Of a DNA stretch of 64,000 nucleotides, positions 17,380 through 31,966 are shown in pieces; within the stretch, counting starts at the first letter, position 1; each line of letters starts with the position of its first letter. The position numbers and the translations under genes were made by a program. Under the pieces are notes generated by a model. It was not told the origin of the DNA and did not search any database. It worked only from the letters and a program-made list of their open reading frames with translations. This DNA comes from Geosiphon pyriformis uo1 (lineage: Eukaryota; Fungi; Glomeromycota): the NCBI GenBank assembly GCA_016748015.1, contig JAAOMT010000479.1, positions 213,824 to 277,823 on the forward strand, in the 5' to 3' direction.

Positions 17380-20300
17380 CCAGCATCAACCACCACTGCC
17401 ATTTATATTCCTTACATCTATATCATACCACTACTATCTAACTATCGCTGACCAAAACTAGTATGTATTGACTGTGACAAGAAATTGTCATTAATGGATA
17501 TATGCTGTGGCAATAATGAGAAATACCAGATGGCAACTAAGTTTTATTGCTGCCTATGCCTCATTGAATGCTTTGGAAGACCAAAATGAGTTGGAAAATA
17601 GGATAATAAGTCATGCTTGGCTTGTGGAGAAACTCTCCTCAATGAAAGAATATGGAATGATATTCCTGAAAGAGAAAAAACATGTAATGAATTGTGTCAA
17701 TATATGATTCTAATAAGTAACTGGATTAGAAAAAGAACACCAATAGAAGCTGTCTAAAGAAGAGCTGTAAAATACTTGAATGAATGTCTACATAATGACA
17801 ACAAAATCTGGTGGATAGCACTCACCAAAATCAAAAGAGTGTCATCAAAAGAAATAAGAATAATCAAAAACAACCTATTGGAATCCATAGAACTGGACTG
17901 GAACTCAGAACCAGTCATAAATCTCCTGAATTCAGAACAATTCTATGAACACTACCAAGAGTTAGCATTCACAAGAGAAGAACAAAAGCAATGCTTAAAG
18001 CAACTAAACACTCAACTGTGTCAACACTGTCTAATCCCATGTAACTTCCAATATTGTAATAAGTGTAACCTTATTTACAATCTATTATCATGCATGATCT
18101 ACATAATTCCAGAAGAAGATAAACCAATTAGCAGTTACATATTAGAATCAGAACTAAAGTTTAACTCCAATTCAAACTCTAATAATGATGATGACAAAAA
18201 TAACAGTTTTAGCTCCATTCAAAATAGCAATAAAAATTATGATAATTTAAACTCCAATTCAAACTCTGAAACATACATCACACTTTCTGATCTCACCAAA
18301 GAGCAGAAACTGAAATGGTTCAGCAACAATAATAAAGATATTATGCCAGAACATGTACATGATATCAATGCAGAGTTTGATATGAGATATCCTGAAAAAA
18401 ACACCATCAAATTAGAACCACATTCATGCACCTGTATTGATCTCAAAATAGCACTGGAAATTCCAGTAACAACAATAATTCAACTAGCATTTAGAAGTAG
18501 TTTAGCGAAAAAGAGAATCAACATCAGAAGAGGAATAATTAATACAGAATATGTAGGAAACATTATTGTAATGCTACAGAATGATTTTGAAAAGGCCTAT
18601 ATTATAGAACCAAATAAAAAGATAGCACAGACAATATTTCTATTTTTGGTAAAAATAGCTTAGTTAGTGTCAGTAAGAAACAGAAAAAAATTAGAGATCA
18701 CAGCTAGAGAAATACAGAGTTTTGGATTAATGAGTAGAATAGATGTACCAGTTAATATGACAGAAAAAGAAATTGTTGACAAGGAAAAAATTATCTCCAC
18801 CCATCAATCAATTTCTATTCCACTATATGACCATTACATGGTAGTTATAGAGAGAAAAGTAAAGTATCAAGTTCAGATTTTTGAGGCAGAAGCAACACTG
18901 TGTGAATCAGAAGAAATTAAATTAGTCAATCTATACATACCAGTCAAGAACCACAGTCACATCAAAATCCCTATTTACAATAACATAAGAAATGTTATTA
19001 AGATACCAGAAGAAACCACCATTGGATACTTAACTACTGAAATTGAAAACTAACTATCAGACACCATTTCAGACTTTTCATAACTTTGCAAATATGTGAA
19101 TATTACATTACAAACAATATATGAACAAAAGGAATATTATTTGCTCTAATTAGAACAATTAGAACAAATAAATATGAAAAACTTGAATTCACTACAACAT
19201 ATGCAGCTCAAGATATTACTCAACAATTTCAATGACATCTTTGCCAGTGAAAACAAATTTGGCAGAACTGATATTATCCAACATTAAATCAAGACTGGTG
19301 ATACAATGCCAATTAAACAGAGAGCATACAAAGTACCACCAGCCAGCCACAAGATCATTCATCAAGAAATCAATCAGATGCTTGACAACGGGCTAATTCA
19401 GCCATCAATGAGTCCATGATTATTACCAGTGGTATTAGTCTGTAAGAAAAATGGAAAAATATGCTTTTGTGTGGATTACTGGAAATTGAATGGAGTGACC
19501 AAAAGTGATAGCTACCTGATTCCAAAGATACAAGAACTCTTTGATGCTTTTGGAGGAAAAAAATGGTTTTCAACTTTAGACTTGAACAGTGATTACTGGT
19601 AAGTAGCCATGAAACTAGAAGACAAAAAAAAAAGGCTTTTACAACTTGAGAAGAAAATTTCGAATTTGAAATGATGCTATTTGGCTTGATAAACACTTTT
19701 GCCATATTTTAACGGCTTATAGAAATTGTCTATACTGGACTACTAAGAAAATCAGTAATTATTTATTTAAACAACACCAATGTGTTCTCCAAGACATTTG
19801 ATGACCATCTACATCATCTTCAACAAGTGTTTGAAAGGTTGAAAAGAGCAAAATTAAAATTAAATACAACCAAGTGTTTTTTTGACAAAACAGAGTTAAA
19901 ATTTTTGGGACATGTCATAAGCAAAGACAGCATTAAAACAGATCCAGATAAAATTGCAATAGTAAAGAACTTTCTAATACTAACCAACTTAACAGAACTA
20001 AGAGCATTTTTGGAATTCACAGACTATTATTGCTGCTTTATTAAGAACTTTTCTAAACTGGCTCAGCCATTCCACTAGCTGCAAACCAAGAATGTAAAAT
20101 ACAAATAGACAGAAGCTCATTAAGAAGCTTTTGATATATTAAAGAGAAAGTTTATTCAAGCTCCAGTATTGATATATTCAAATCACAGCCAATTATTTAT
20201 TATTATTATAGATGCATTAGATCAAACATTGGGAGCAGTATTATTACAAAAAAAACCAGATGGAAGAGAACATCTAGTAGCATATGCCAGCCATAGCTTG

Positions 20301-20567
20301 AATCCAGCAGAAAAGAACTATGGAACACCAGCATTAAAACACTTAGCAATCTATTGGGCTGTTATCAAATAGAAAGAATACTTGAGTCAAAAATTTAATG
20401 TATATATTAATTATAAAGAACTGACTTCAATTCAAAAACAAGAATTTGGAGATAATTGTTATGTTAGATAGAAAATAGAACTTTTACCATTTAATTATAC
20501 AGTATATTACAAAAAAGAAAAAGAAAATGGAAATGCTAACAGTCTGTTGTGAATGAGACAAATCTAA
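14404..20567 (+). pseudogene. gag-pol of element A (Gag, PR, Cys-rich module, dUTPase, RT, RNase H)
   Basis: Fragments LEKFTGEE..WL..V..TITANNW (gag), AFRSSLAK..GIINTEYVGNI (dUTPase), LKFLGHVIS (RT) and DAL..LGAVL..AYASHSL..AEKNY (RNase H). Many CAA>TAA and TGG>TAG/TGA stops. Confidence 0.9.
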
Positions 20568-20597
20568 AAACATTTCAAACCAAAAATATAACAAAAG

Positions 20598-21971
20598 ATG
20601 AATAGACAAAAATACCAACAACTCCAATATTATATAAATACTCAATTGTTCAAGGAGAAATTATCTCAAAAAAAACAAAACAACATAAAACAACAATCAA
20701 AATATTTTATCAATTACCAAAATATATTTTACCAGAAAAACAGAAAGAATTCAGATCAACCAATCAGAATTATTACAGAACCAGAGAAAGAGACAATATT
20801 GTTCAACATGTACTCAAATCCAACAGCAGGACATTTCCATAAAAAAGCAACAATAGAAAGAACCAGAAAAAGATATTATTGGCTATTAATGTATCCAGAC
20901 ATTATCCAATATGTTCAAAATTGTGATGTTTGTCAAAGAAGAGGTGAAACAAAACCCAGTGAACCATTGAGACCAATTAAAGTGGGACAATCATTCAATT
21001 GTATTGGAATTGACTTAGTTGAATCATTAACAATTACCAGAGGCAACAAATATATTGCAGTAGCCATAGATTATCTCACAAAATAGCCAGAAGCAAAAGC
21101 CATTCAAAAAGCAGATGCAGAATCCATTGCCAAATTTGTCCATCAAAATTTGATCTATCAATACAGATGTTTAAAAAAACTATTATCAGATCAAGGAACT
21201 CATATTGTAAATAGAATATTGGCAGAATTAAGTCAAAGATTTGAGATAAAAAAACCATTATCATTATTATACTATTTATAAACAAATGGGCTAGTTGAAA
21301 AATTTAACAGAACATTGTGTGAAGCTATTGCCAAAATCAGCTAAAAAAACCAGAACAAATGAGATTTGATTATACCATCAGTATTATTTGCTTATTGAAC
21401 AATGAAGTAAAACACTATACAAGTAACACTATTTGAATTAGTATATGATAGAACAGCAACATTACCAGTTGAGATAGAAATCAAAACATATCCAACAAAA
21501 TCAATAACAGAAGAGAATTTTCAGAGAACATTGTTAAAAAAAACATATGACTTAATGGAAACACTAGAAAATACACAGTGAAAAGCAGCTGATAACATCT
21601 AAAAGTTACAAGAAAAACAAAAAAAAAGACATGATAACCAACTACCAGATAAACCAGTTAAATTCAAGATTGGAGACAAAGTACTTCTACATCATATCAA
21701 AACAGAAAAACAATGGAGTGGAAAATTTGACCCCAAATAGGATGAACCATTTCATATAGAAAAAATTCTTGGAAATGAAGCTTATAAATTAAGATTGAAC
21801 AACAAAATCTTAACCAAAGCAGCACATAGTGATTGACTGAAACAATATTATCATATAATATTATTATCTACCAGTAATATTCCACAATTAGGAGTACAGA
21901 AAATACTAGTCAAACCAGATAAGATTCTATGAAATCTAGAACCAATTATAATTATTGAACCAAACATGTAA
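20598..21971 (+). pseudogene. Integrase of element A
   Basis: GHF...YYW...CDVCQ zinc finger, IGIDLV, AIDYLTK, SDQGTH, TNGLVEKFNRTL, GPF-like tail. No chromodomain. Confidence 0.9.
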
Positions 21972-21974
21972 AAT

Positions 21975-22659
21975 TAAACAACCAAAGAATATATAAAGAC
22001 ATGGTATACTCGATAAAAGACAGTAGAAAATGGAGATTACTGACAGTATTCACTTACTAGCACAACAACTCTTTTAACTGATCCAACAACAGGAAATGAA
22101 AATTACAATCAACCAACAAACTATCAAATACACAAATATCAGAAAAGAACCACGAAAGAAAATATGAAGAAAAACAAAAAACACTGTTGACAAAATAATT
22201 ACAAAAGTAAAATTGGCAATAGAAACACAACCAAAAGTCACCTAATATTAAGAGTTAACTATAGAAACTTGGAATTGGTGAATACAACAATTTCCAAAAA
22301 ACTTTTATTACTTTTATTTGAGACAACACTTAAACATTCAGAGCTTGTATACAGATAAAACAAAATGATTATTTAACACAACAATACTGCAACAACTAGA
22401 ACAATTTGTGGGGAAAAACAATTTAACCACACAAGCAAGAGCTATTTATTAACTACATACTGGATTTCAAGATTAACCAGAAATTTTACTCAATCCAGAA
22501 ATGAACTCTATTATCATTAACCAAATGGGAAAAATAATCAATGCTTAATTTGAAGAATTACAGAACAAGATAGCACAAGTAATTCTTGAAAAAGAAGTTC
22601 AAGAAATACTTAAAGACGGAAAAGTAGAATTAGAAGATCTCAACAGTGCTCAATATTAA
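21975..22659 (+). pseudogene. Extra ORF3 of element A (unknown function)
   Basis: Reads through point stops as ...FYYFYLRQHL...ILLNPEMNSIIINQMGKI..FEELQNKIAQVILE, aligning by eye with ORF3 of element C. Confidence 0.65.
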
Positions 22660-22673
22660 AAAGAAGAAAATAA

Positions 22674-23542
22674 TGTTACTCATAGAATATAGAAAGTATA
22701 TTAGCATAAAAATTAGCCAATCAGAAATAGTCATAGTAAATGTGAAATTTTAAGATTCCTCTTAAAAGAATTGCAGGATTCCAAGAATTTTAAAATTCTT
22801 ATACAAGAAATTGCAGGATTCCAGAATTCAAGAATTTTTCTCAAAAGAATTGCAGAATTCCAAAAATTCCAAAATTTTTGGTGTGAAAAATTGAGGAATT
22901 AAGAAATCTCAATTATGTATATATAGCAATAATGTTAAAAGTAAAAAAGACAGACCTTTTAGTTTAGATTTAATCTAAACAACCTTTTATTTACAAATAT
23001 TAATAAATAATTATTCACTATTTCCATTCACTCTTTATTATCAACATTTTATGTTGATAATAATTGATACTTAACTACTTTGGAACAATAGCTCTTGATC
23101 ATGGCTATTGACAGAATACAAATATTTATTGCCTTGGCTTATTTTTTTATTTTCTTTCTTTTATTTTATTTGCATGTTCTTTTGTTATTTCTTTTGTTTT
23201 GTTTTACTAATTAATTAAAGAAAAAAGCACTGAATTATTAATGTCAAAAATAGCCTGGTAAAAGACCTCAAAGGAAAAGTATAATATTAAGAATTTAAAG
23301 ATAGCTTACCAGAAGAGCATCTTTGCCAGATTACTGGCCATCATGCTAAGAAAAAAATTTGACAGAATTGCGATTCTGGGAGACTACTGAGAAGACACCA
23401 AATAAATCTCTGTCCATTATACAAAGGACTCAACCAAAACCTTCAAATAAACCATAACTTCAGATTAACACCATTATATCAATCGAATACCAAGTTATGG
23501 ATTTTTTATTTAATTTAAGACCCCAAATAATCACTTGTAACA
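22674..23542 (+). repeat. 3' LTR of element A
   Basis: Direct repeat of 13523-14351, preceded by a purine tract. Confidence 0.92.
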
Positions 23543-25765
23543 TTGGCCACCACACTAAAAAAAAAATTCATAGAAGAAACTAATGAAATCTCTATTTATT
23601 ATACAAAAGACTCAACCAAAATTTTCAGATTATAAAACTTTTATAAATTATCATTATTAACAGCTATTAAGCATCAAGTTACAGATTTATTATTTATTTC
23701 AACACTTCAAATAATTACCTGTAAAATTTGATGCTTTTTATGAAATATAATTTAACAAAAAACCAGTACTAACAGCAATTATTTAGAACAGTGGCAGAAT
23801 TAAAAATAATAAAAACAAATAATTTGTTATTTACTAAATTTTTATTTCAATAATATTAACAACAATTAGAATTAATTAAGAATTATTTTCTAGTTGAATT
23901 AGTTTTTAATTTCTATGTTAACAAAAAAATTGTATATTTTTTAAAAAAACAAGCAAATTTTAAATCAGTAAGAAAAAATTTCTATAGCAAATTACTCTAA
24001 TACACTAGCTTATTACTAAATTACAATTTCATTATAATTATTATTAAAATTAATTATGAAATTAAAAGTTATACTTAGCAAAAGTTTTCAATCACATTTG
24101 TAAACAATAGCAAAAACAAGATACAAATACCAACAAATATATCTAAAACAGTACAACAACTTAACTAGAAGAAACTCAGAATTGTTTTTTTAATACATTT
24201 ATTATATTATTATACACTAAAAAGTATTATTAACATATTATCAGATTTTGCATCATTATTTACAGCAAAACCAATCATCACAAAAATTTTATTTCAAAGC
24301 AATTAGAAAAAATTTAAACTATTAAGAATCTATAGTAATTATTTTAAAAGATTTAAATTATAACCAACAACTTTATTAGAACTTTAATTACTATCACCTC
24401 AATCAAATTTTGGATTTATTAATAATTGGAAAAAAACTGAATTAGAAAAAAAAGATGATGATTATCAGAAAATTAATAATTAAAAATCTGATTCCAAATA
24501 ATCTGGAAATCTAAACTTCAAGTGTTTAAATTTAGCAAAACCTGAACAATTTAAACTCCATTTTTATTATTCAATAAAACCTATTTTTAATTATTTGAAT
24601 CAATCTATCACTAGTTGTATTAATAGTTCCTTTATTATAATAATACTAATAACAATTGCTACTAATATCAATAATCTATATACCAATTGCCAAACTAAGA
24701 AAACAACATTCAAGTCTGATTAAATATTGTAACAAAAGTCATTACAGCCAACAGTTAAGATAATACTAGTGTTTTTTAAGCAATTTTATATTTTTTTCAA
24801 AACATTATTGACTTATAGTATCAAAGTTTGATTAATAAGTTTTAAACTTTTAATGTATTTAAACAAAAATTTTTACAATATTTCAGTGATTATAATAGTA
24901 TTAACTGCTTGTTGACAGGATTTATCATTATTAAGCAAGATAATACTGAAACAGTTACTACTTATTTAGAATGTTTTCACTAAAATTTATACCATATTTA
25001 GATTATTAATGCTAATTATTATACAGTACTACAAATTTTAAACCAATTTATTCACAGCTTATACAGCAGTTTGCTACAACAAATATGTTTATTATATCCA
25101 AATACCTTCCAAAACACAGTTACATATGTTAGAGATTTTAAATTAACAGAACTTAAAGCCAATTATATTCAAGCTATGAATCTAATAATAATAAATTATT
25201 TAAATTGGATACTAAATTGAAACAATTTGGCAAAACAATTAATCAGAAGATTAAAAAATATTTAATTAGCAATCAGACAATTTATCAATTTTTTTAATGC
25301 TATAATTATTAAAAAAACTCTAATTAGTTCCAAAATTAATTGCATTTATTATTATTAGTCTTAGCAATTTAACTATGACAACAAAAAATGTGTATTTATT
25401 ATTACTGTAATAAACAAAAATACTTAAAAATAGACTATAAAGCAAGATTAAATAATTAACAATCAGAAAATCAATATTAAAATCCTGATTATAAATTTCA
25501 AATCCCAAACTACATTAACAATTTGTTATTAAGACCAAATTAATATCAATCCTATTATGTATTAATAATATAATAACTAATATATTTATTTCCAATTTAT
25601 TAAGCATTAGCACCAATAATCTATTAACTACTGCAGTTACAGATAGTTTACTAATTCCAACAAATTCAAATGCAGTTTCAAATTTTAGCTTAAATTACCA
25701 ATAGAAATTAAAGACTAAAAATCACTTATACTTAATAAAATTGGGGATTGTTAATAATTATATAT

Positions 25766-26710
25766 TGTTATCAAAGGTTTTTGGCCTCTTTTCTTAAATG
25801 TTGTTAATGTTTGTTGGTTGTGAATTTATGTTTTTTGAAAGTAGTTAGACCTTTGATAACTGAATTTATTTTTAAATTATCTTCTATAATTTGAATTGCT
25901 AAACTTATAAGTAAAATGACCAATTCTATGTCAGTTACTTTGTGTAGTTACATTGTAGTAAATGTCAACTCTTTTTCAAAAATTGCTTGTCTGGAAGCTC
26001 ATTAAAAATATGTAGTTACTTTGTTCAACTCTTCTACAAGAATCTCATCTGTAAACTATCTTAATAATTGTAATAAAAAAAATAAAATAAAATAAAAAAA
26101 ATGTAAAAAAATAGAATTTTTATCAAGAGAAACGTTTTCTATTTAGGTCTGAAATTACTAACAGATTATTGAAATTAGTAGCTAATCAAATTCAAAATGT
26201 TAGTTAGATTTTTGTGAATTTCAAATATAATAATTAAGGATTTGGTTTTCGAATATTTTTAATTTTTATTTGATTTTGTAAGTATGTATAAAAAATAATT
26301 TGTTCTAATTAAAATGTCTAAAATAAGATACATTTCTTGAAGAAAAAAGCTTTTTTTTTATACAACTTGTTATAGTACTAGTTTTTGAACTTGCACTTTT
26401 CTCTTTGCTATAATTTTAGCAAACCAAAGATACATTTTGGCAAATTACAAGTTATTTCTACAAACTATTGATTATTTTAGCCAATTTCTACTAATTTAGA
26501 CGAATTTTTTGAATATTAAATGGTTCAAGATATTGTGTAAAGTGATCATAATTTCTATTGTACAAATCAGATTATTAATTAAATAATGATATTTGATAAT
26601 TTAATTAACTAATAAATAATAATTGAAATAATAATAATATATACTAATTAATGCTAAAAATTAAAAGAGTAATTTCATGCTAATTAATAGCTAAAATTCT
26701 ACTAGTAACA
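25766..26710 (-). mobile_element. Solo LTR related to element C LTRs, inserted in element B
   Basis: tgttatcaaaggtttttggcctct...tagtaaca is colinear with 39277-40259. Flanks ATAT/GCAT are compatible with a transition-eroded 4-bp TSD. Confidence 0.8.
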
Positions 26711-29700
26711 GCATTAACCAATCCTTAATTTCTCAAACCAACCATTAGAATTATGTCCAAAAAATTCGAAAAATAAGTATACTTAAAACCTAAATTTTTA
26801 AAGCTATTTAAATCTCTTAGTCATATTAGCAAACAACTTATCTAATAACTTAAAAATCTAGACAACACTTGCCAACAACATTCTATCTATTATTATTATA
26901 AAAAACAAGTTATTTGTTGTAATATTCCTTTTTAAACTTAAAAAACTAATAACAATATCTCTTTTAAATAAAGCTGCTTTTAACATCAAACCAATTATCA
27001 CTATGTATATTAATGTCAAAGTTAATAGTCATTTTATTAAACTAATTCTTAATAGTAGATTAACAGACAAATTAAGATAAAATGACAAAATTTTAGTTAA
27101 AGCAGTACATAATAATTAACTGAAACTATACTACAATATAGTATTATTATCTACTAATAATATTTTACAACTGAAAGTACAATAAATATTAATCTAACCA
27201 GATAAGATTTTATAAGATTTAGAACCAATCATAATTATTAACATTAACATGTCAAATTAATTTATCAAAACAATATATAAAAAACCAATATATACAACAA
27301 AAACAACAAAAAAGATAAAAATTATAAACAATATTTACTCCTTAGCTCAGCAATTATTTTAACTCATTAAACATCAAAAATTGAACATAAAAATTACAAT
27401 CAATCAACAATTTATTCAATACAAAAATACAAAAAAAAAACCAAAACTTTAATATAAAATATAGTAGTAAGTACATATAAAGTTTAATAACATATTAGAT
27501 AATATAATAGCAAAAGTAAAGATGTTATTAAAAATATTAAAAACAATAACACTATATAAAAAGTTAACCAAAAAGAATTAAAATAATAAACACAACAATT
27601 TTCTAAAAACTTTTGCTATTACTACTTAAAAAAGAAGCTTAATATTCAGAACTTGTATACAGATAAAACAAAACAGATATATAACATGACAATATTACAA
27701 CAAATAAAACAATTTATAAAAAAGAACAATCTACTTATATAGATATAAACAATATATCAGTTACAAACAAAATTTTATGAACATTCAGAAATACCATTAT
27801 ACTCAACAATGAACACAATAACTATTAATTAATTGGAAAAAATCACCAATGTCTAATTCAAAAAATTACAGACTAAAATTGCTCAAGTAATTTTAGAGAA
27901 AAAAGTAATAAAATTAATCTAAAAAAGAAATTTAGAAGAATTAAGAAATTTAAAAGATTTTAATAAAGCTTAATATTAAAAAAAAAATAATGTTATTCAT
28001 AAAAATAGAAATCATAATAAGTAGAAAAATAGCCAATAAAAAAGAAGTATAGTAAAAAAAAAATTCCAGGATTCCTCTTAAAGAATTGCAAAATTTCAGA
28101 ATTTTTTTCAGAATTTCAAAAAATCTTATATAACACGAATTATGTATATATAACAAGTGTATTAGAAACAAAAAAAATAATTTACAACAGAATAAAAAAC
28201 TGTAGTTAGAAATAAGTAATTACTTAATACCTCTTTTTTTAAAAAATAATTTTTTATAACTTAAAGTAGAATTATATTTATATTAATAAAATATTTATTA
28301 TTACCCAAATTCATGGTTTTATTACTTAATTGAAAAATATTAATTAATTCTACACTATTAATAATTTATGTTAATAAAATCGAATACTTAACTATATTAA
28401 ACAAATAGTTTTTGATCATAACTATTAACAAAATACTAATTTTTTTTTTTTTTTTTTGTTTTTTTTTTTTATTTATTTTTATTTATTTTTTTTGTTGTTT
28501 ACTAATTGATTAAAGGATTAAGTACTAAGTAATTAACATCAAGAATAGTTTGATAAAAAACTCATAAAACAAAAGTAAAAACTTAAAAATAGTTTATTAA
28601 AAAGACATAACTGTCAAAATAAACTGGCCACTATACTAAAAAAAAAAATTCATGGAAAAAAACTCTTAATTAAATCTTTATTCATTATACAAACAACTTA
28701 GCTAAAACTTTTAAACTTTAAAACTTTTAGAAATTACTATCAATAATACTATTAAGCACCAAGTTATGAGTTTGTTATTTGTTTTCACATCTTAAATAAT
28801 TACTTGTAACAATATTAATTAGATTATAATTATTATTGAAACTTCTAATATTATTTAAATTTATATTAAAAAAATAGAATTTTAAAACTATTGAAATTTG
28901 TTTAATATATTTTAAGTTGATTTTAGTATTTGTATTGTGTATTTTTTTAAACATAATATTTTTATTATTTTTGACAAACTATTTTAGTTTTTGTTTTTTT
29001 AATAAATTAGAAAATATAATATATTGTTTAATTTTAGAAATGGTATTTGAATTTTTTTAGATTGAAAATAATGTTTAAATTGAGACTAAGCTTTGGTTTC
29101 AATTTTTTAACTTTGTTAATTAACTTATTAATCTTAAAAATTAAATAAATAATACATAATAGTAAATTGTAAACAAGATTATAATTATTACAATATTTGA
29201 AATAACATAAAATAAAACAATATTTACAAAGTTTAATATTAAAACTGATAAGTTTTTGTTTTTATTTTTTTTTATTAATACTAATAATATTTAAATTTTA
29301 CTAGATTATTTAACACATTAAAAATAAGTTTTATATGAAAATTTTAATGAATATGTTTTTAATAAAATAAATTTTTTAATTATAATACTATTATATTTAA
29401 TAATTAATATTTTTTAAAGATATTTGTAAATTTCTGAATAAATTTTTGCTAATGTATTTTTATAATTATAAGATTGGTATTAATTAATCTGTTTTTAAAA
29501 TATTTTATAAAAATTGGCTTTTATAGTTTTTAAGTTAATTGGTTTTTCTAAATTGTATTTAATTTTTTTGTTAATATAGAAATTAAAAACTAATTTTACT
29601 AAAAAATAATTAACAGTTAATTTTAAATCTTTTTAGAAATATTTGTATAATGTTTTTATAAATTTTAGATAATTGGTTTTTATAAATTTTAATTCTATTA

Positions 29701-30166
29701 CTTTTGTTAATTAAGTTAATAATGTTTTTGTTTTTTGGAATTTTTTATAACTTGGTATTTAAATTTATTAATTTATTAATTTAATAAGTTTTGAAAGTTT
29801 TAAGTTAAAGTTTTTTATATAATAAACAAAAATTCAATATAATAATAAATAATACTTAATATTTAACTTTTTTAACATAATAACTGGTTTATTCTGATGT
29901 TTTTATTTTTTTAATAAGTATTTCTAGTTCTTTTAACTATATTTTATGTTTTATTTTACCATTTTTTATTAGGTAATTTTTAATATTATAATTTTAATAC
30001 TTTTTTTAATTAATTAATAAATAAAAAAACTTCTTTTTCTCTTTTGTCCCAAATTCCCAAAAAAGAGTTAAAGTTTTTTGAAAGAAGTTTTTTTACAATT
30101 CAGTACAATAAATCCAAACTCTTTATTTTTAACTATGAAGCCACTGTTGGTTGTAGTATTGCTGTT

Positions 30167-31966
30167 ATGAAAAAGGCTGCTAAAGTTTCTGGTTCTAATA
30201 ATAGCTTTAGATCTGTTCTTCCAAGGAAAAAAAGGAAAGGTGGTGTTTTAGAAAATAGTTCTGGTGGTGAAAGTGTTGGTTCTAAGATTCAGAATAGCCA
30301 CTTATGGGGTTCAAAAACTGGTGACACCACTGAGTCTAATAGTATTGATATGGAGGAGAAATGTCTGGTAAAAGAGACCAGTTTTGATTATGATAAAGGT
30401 AGTGTTCTTGCTAAAGAGGATTCTAATCAGACATCTACTGGTTTAAAAGTCAAAACCAAAAAAACATTAGGCAAGCCATTGGGTAAGATAAATTTTTTAT
30501 TTAGTAATGTTAATAATAATGTTCTCTTGGATGCTCTATTAGAACTCCCTCCACCTCTTAAAAATCTGGTCAATATTTCTGTTCACAAATTCTTCACTTT
30601 GGATATTAAGTTAGACAAGATGGTTGGAAAATCTTCTTAAAAAAAACTACAAGTGGTTAGAAAGTTATTTTCAAAAATCAATGGTTTTGGAGAGACCTCT
30701 ACCCTCTCAAAATTTGCTGGAATCATCAGAGTGTTATCTACTTCTAAATCAAGCTTGGCACAGGCTTCCAAAAAGGCTGAAAAAGCAAAAATTCTGGTAA
30801 ACACCAATTTCAAGAAGTCTTCTAAGCACTCAGATTGGGCTGTAGTGATAAAAAAAATTCCTGTTGGAACTTCAGCTGAGGCTGTGCGTGCTGTACTATC
30901 CAAGTTTGGAATAATTAAGTTGATCAAAATGCAATTAGTAAGGCTGTGGCAGAAAGCAGTGATTGAATTTGAATGGGTTGATTATGCTGATTTGGTTGCA
31001 GCAAAATAGTCTATCCTAATTGGAAAAGATGCAGTGTGTGTTGCTAGATTTAATATAGACAAAGAAACCTGGAATGCAAGAGATATTCACAGAGCTCTTT
31101 TGTACACTCTACCAATGGGAACCAATACACATAATATTTAGAATTATGTCAATTTAGTGGGTGAGAAAACATGTGCAATTGATTGTTATTCTGTTATCTA
31201 TGCTCAAGCCAGATGTGCCATTGTTTGTTTTGAATTAGCTGAATCCTTGAATGCTATCATGGACACTACTCCAGTTTTGAGAAGTGTAAACCTGCATTGG
31301 TTTTGATTGGGGCTTTCTAAATGTGCTGGGTATGAGAAAACGGGTTATACATCATTAAGTTGTTTTGTGGATGGGAATTTTTCTCCTAGAAAATCTCCTC
31401 ATAGAGCACTTTCAAATATGGATAAAAGCAGATTGGCAGCTATTTATGCCAAACATTTGGCTCTTGTTACTCATTCTGTTGCTTTTGGTGGAGTTTTTTG
31501 GGCAAAAATTGCTGGTAAATCTTTGTTTTTTCCTTTATCTGTGCATAATGTTTTGGTTAATTCTGGCTTCTCTTCAGAGATAAAACCTATCTTATCTGTT
31601 GCAGTTGATATTAAAAAAAAGTTTGCTGTTTTGGAAAGCAGTCTTACTAGCCTTATGGGACAGATTAGTGAGTTGGCTAAGAGGTTGAATTTACTTGTGC
31701 TGGCAGTTTTCCAGTCTAGTCCTGGATGTTAGCTGCTGGTGACCCCCTCATCACAGAATCAGGTGGGTGATATAATGATGGAAGAGGGCTTGAGTGTGAC
31801 TACTAGTGGTAAGGCTGCTGTATCTCTAGAATTATCTTCTTTCTTGGATATAATCAAATTTGAAAATATGTTAGAGAGTTTTTTTACCTCAGTTTTAAGT
31901 TTGTTAGCTCATTTTGATGGTTTAGTTCTGGCTGGTAGTATGCATCCCCAACCTCCTTCCCAATGA
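30167..31966 (+). pseudogene. LINE ORF1 (RRM-like domains plus zinc knuckle)
   Basis: AVVIKKIPVGTSAEAVRAVLSKFGIIKLIK..KAVIEF (RRM-like), an eroded CxxCxxxGHxxxxC near 31320 and a coiled-coil-like tail. Confidence 0.8.

Larger units (their letters stand above)
13523..23542 (+). mobile_element. Ty3/gypsy LTR retrotransposon A, full-length, mutationally inactivated
   Basis: LTRs 13523-14351 and 22674-23542 (TGT...ACA), TSD CTGG/TTGG, PPT just before 22674. Contains gag, a CCHC relic (~16070), protease (LILNSGSAGS), dUTPase, RT, RNase H and integrase remnants. Confidence 0.95.
13013..28811 (+). mobile_element. Old, internally deleted Ty3/gypsy element B (host of element A and of a solo LTR)
   Basis: The 5' LTR (~13013-13522 plus 23547-~23725, left edge approximate) rejoins as aataaactgg|ccaccacactaaa, matching 3' LTR 27991-28811 (tgttattcat...tgtaaca). 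Degenerate gag 23790-25500 is colinear with A gag, and there is an ORF3 relic at ~27250-27980. Confidence 0.75.
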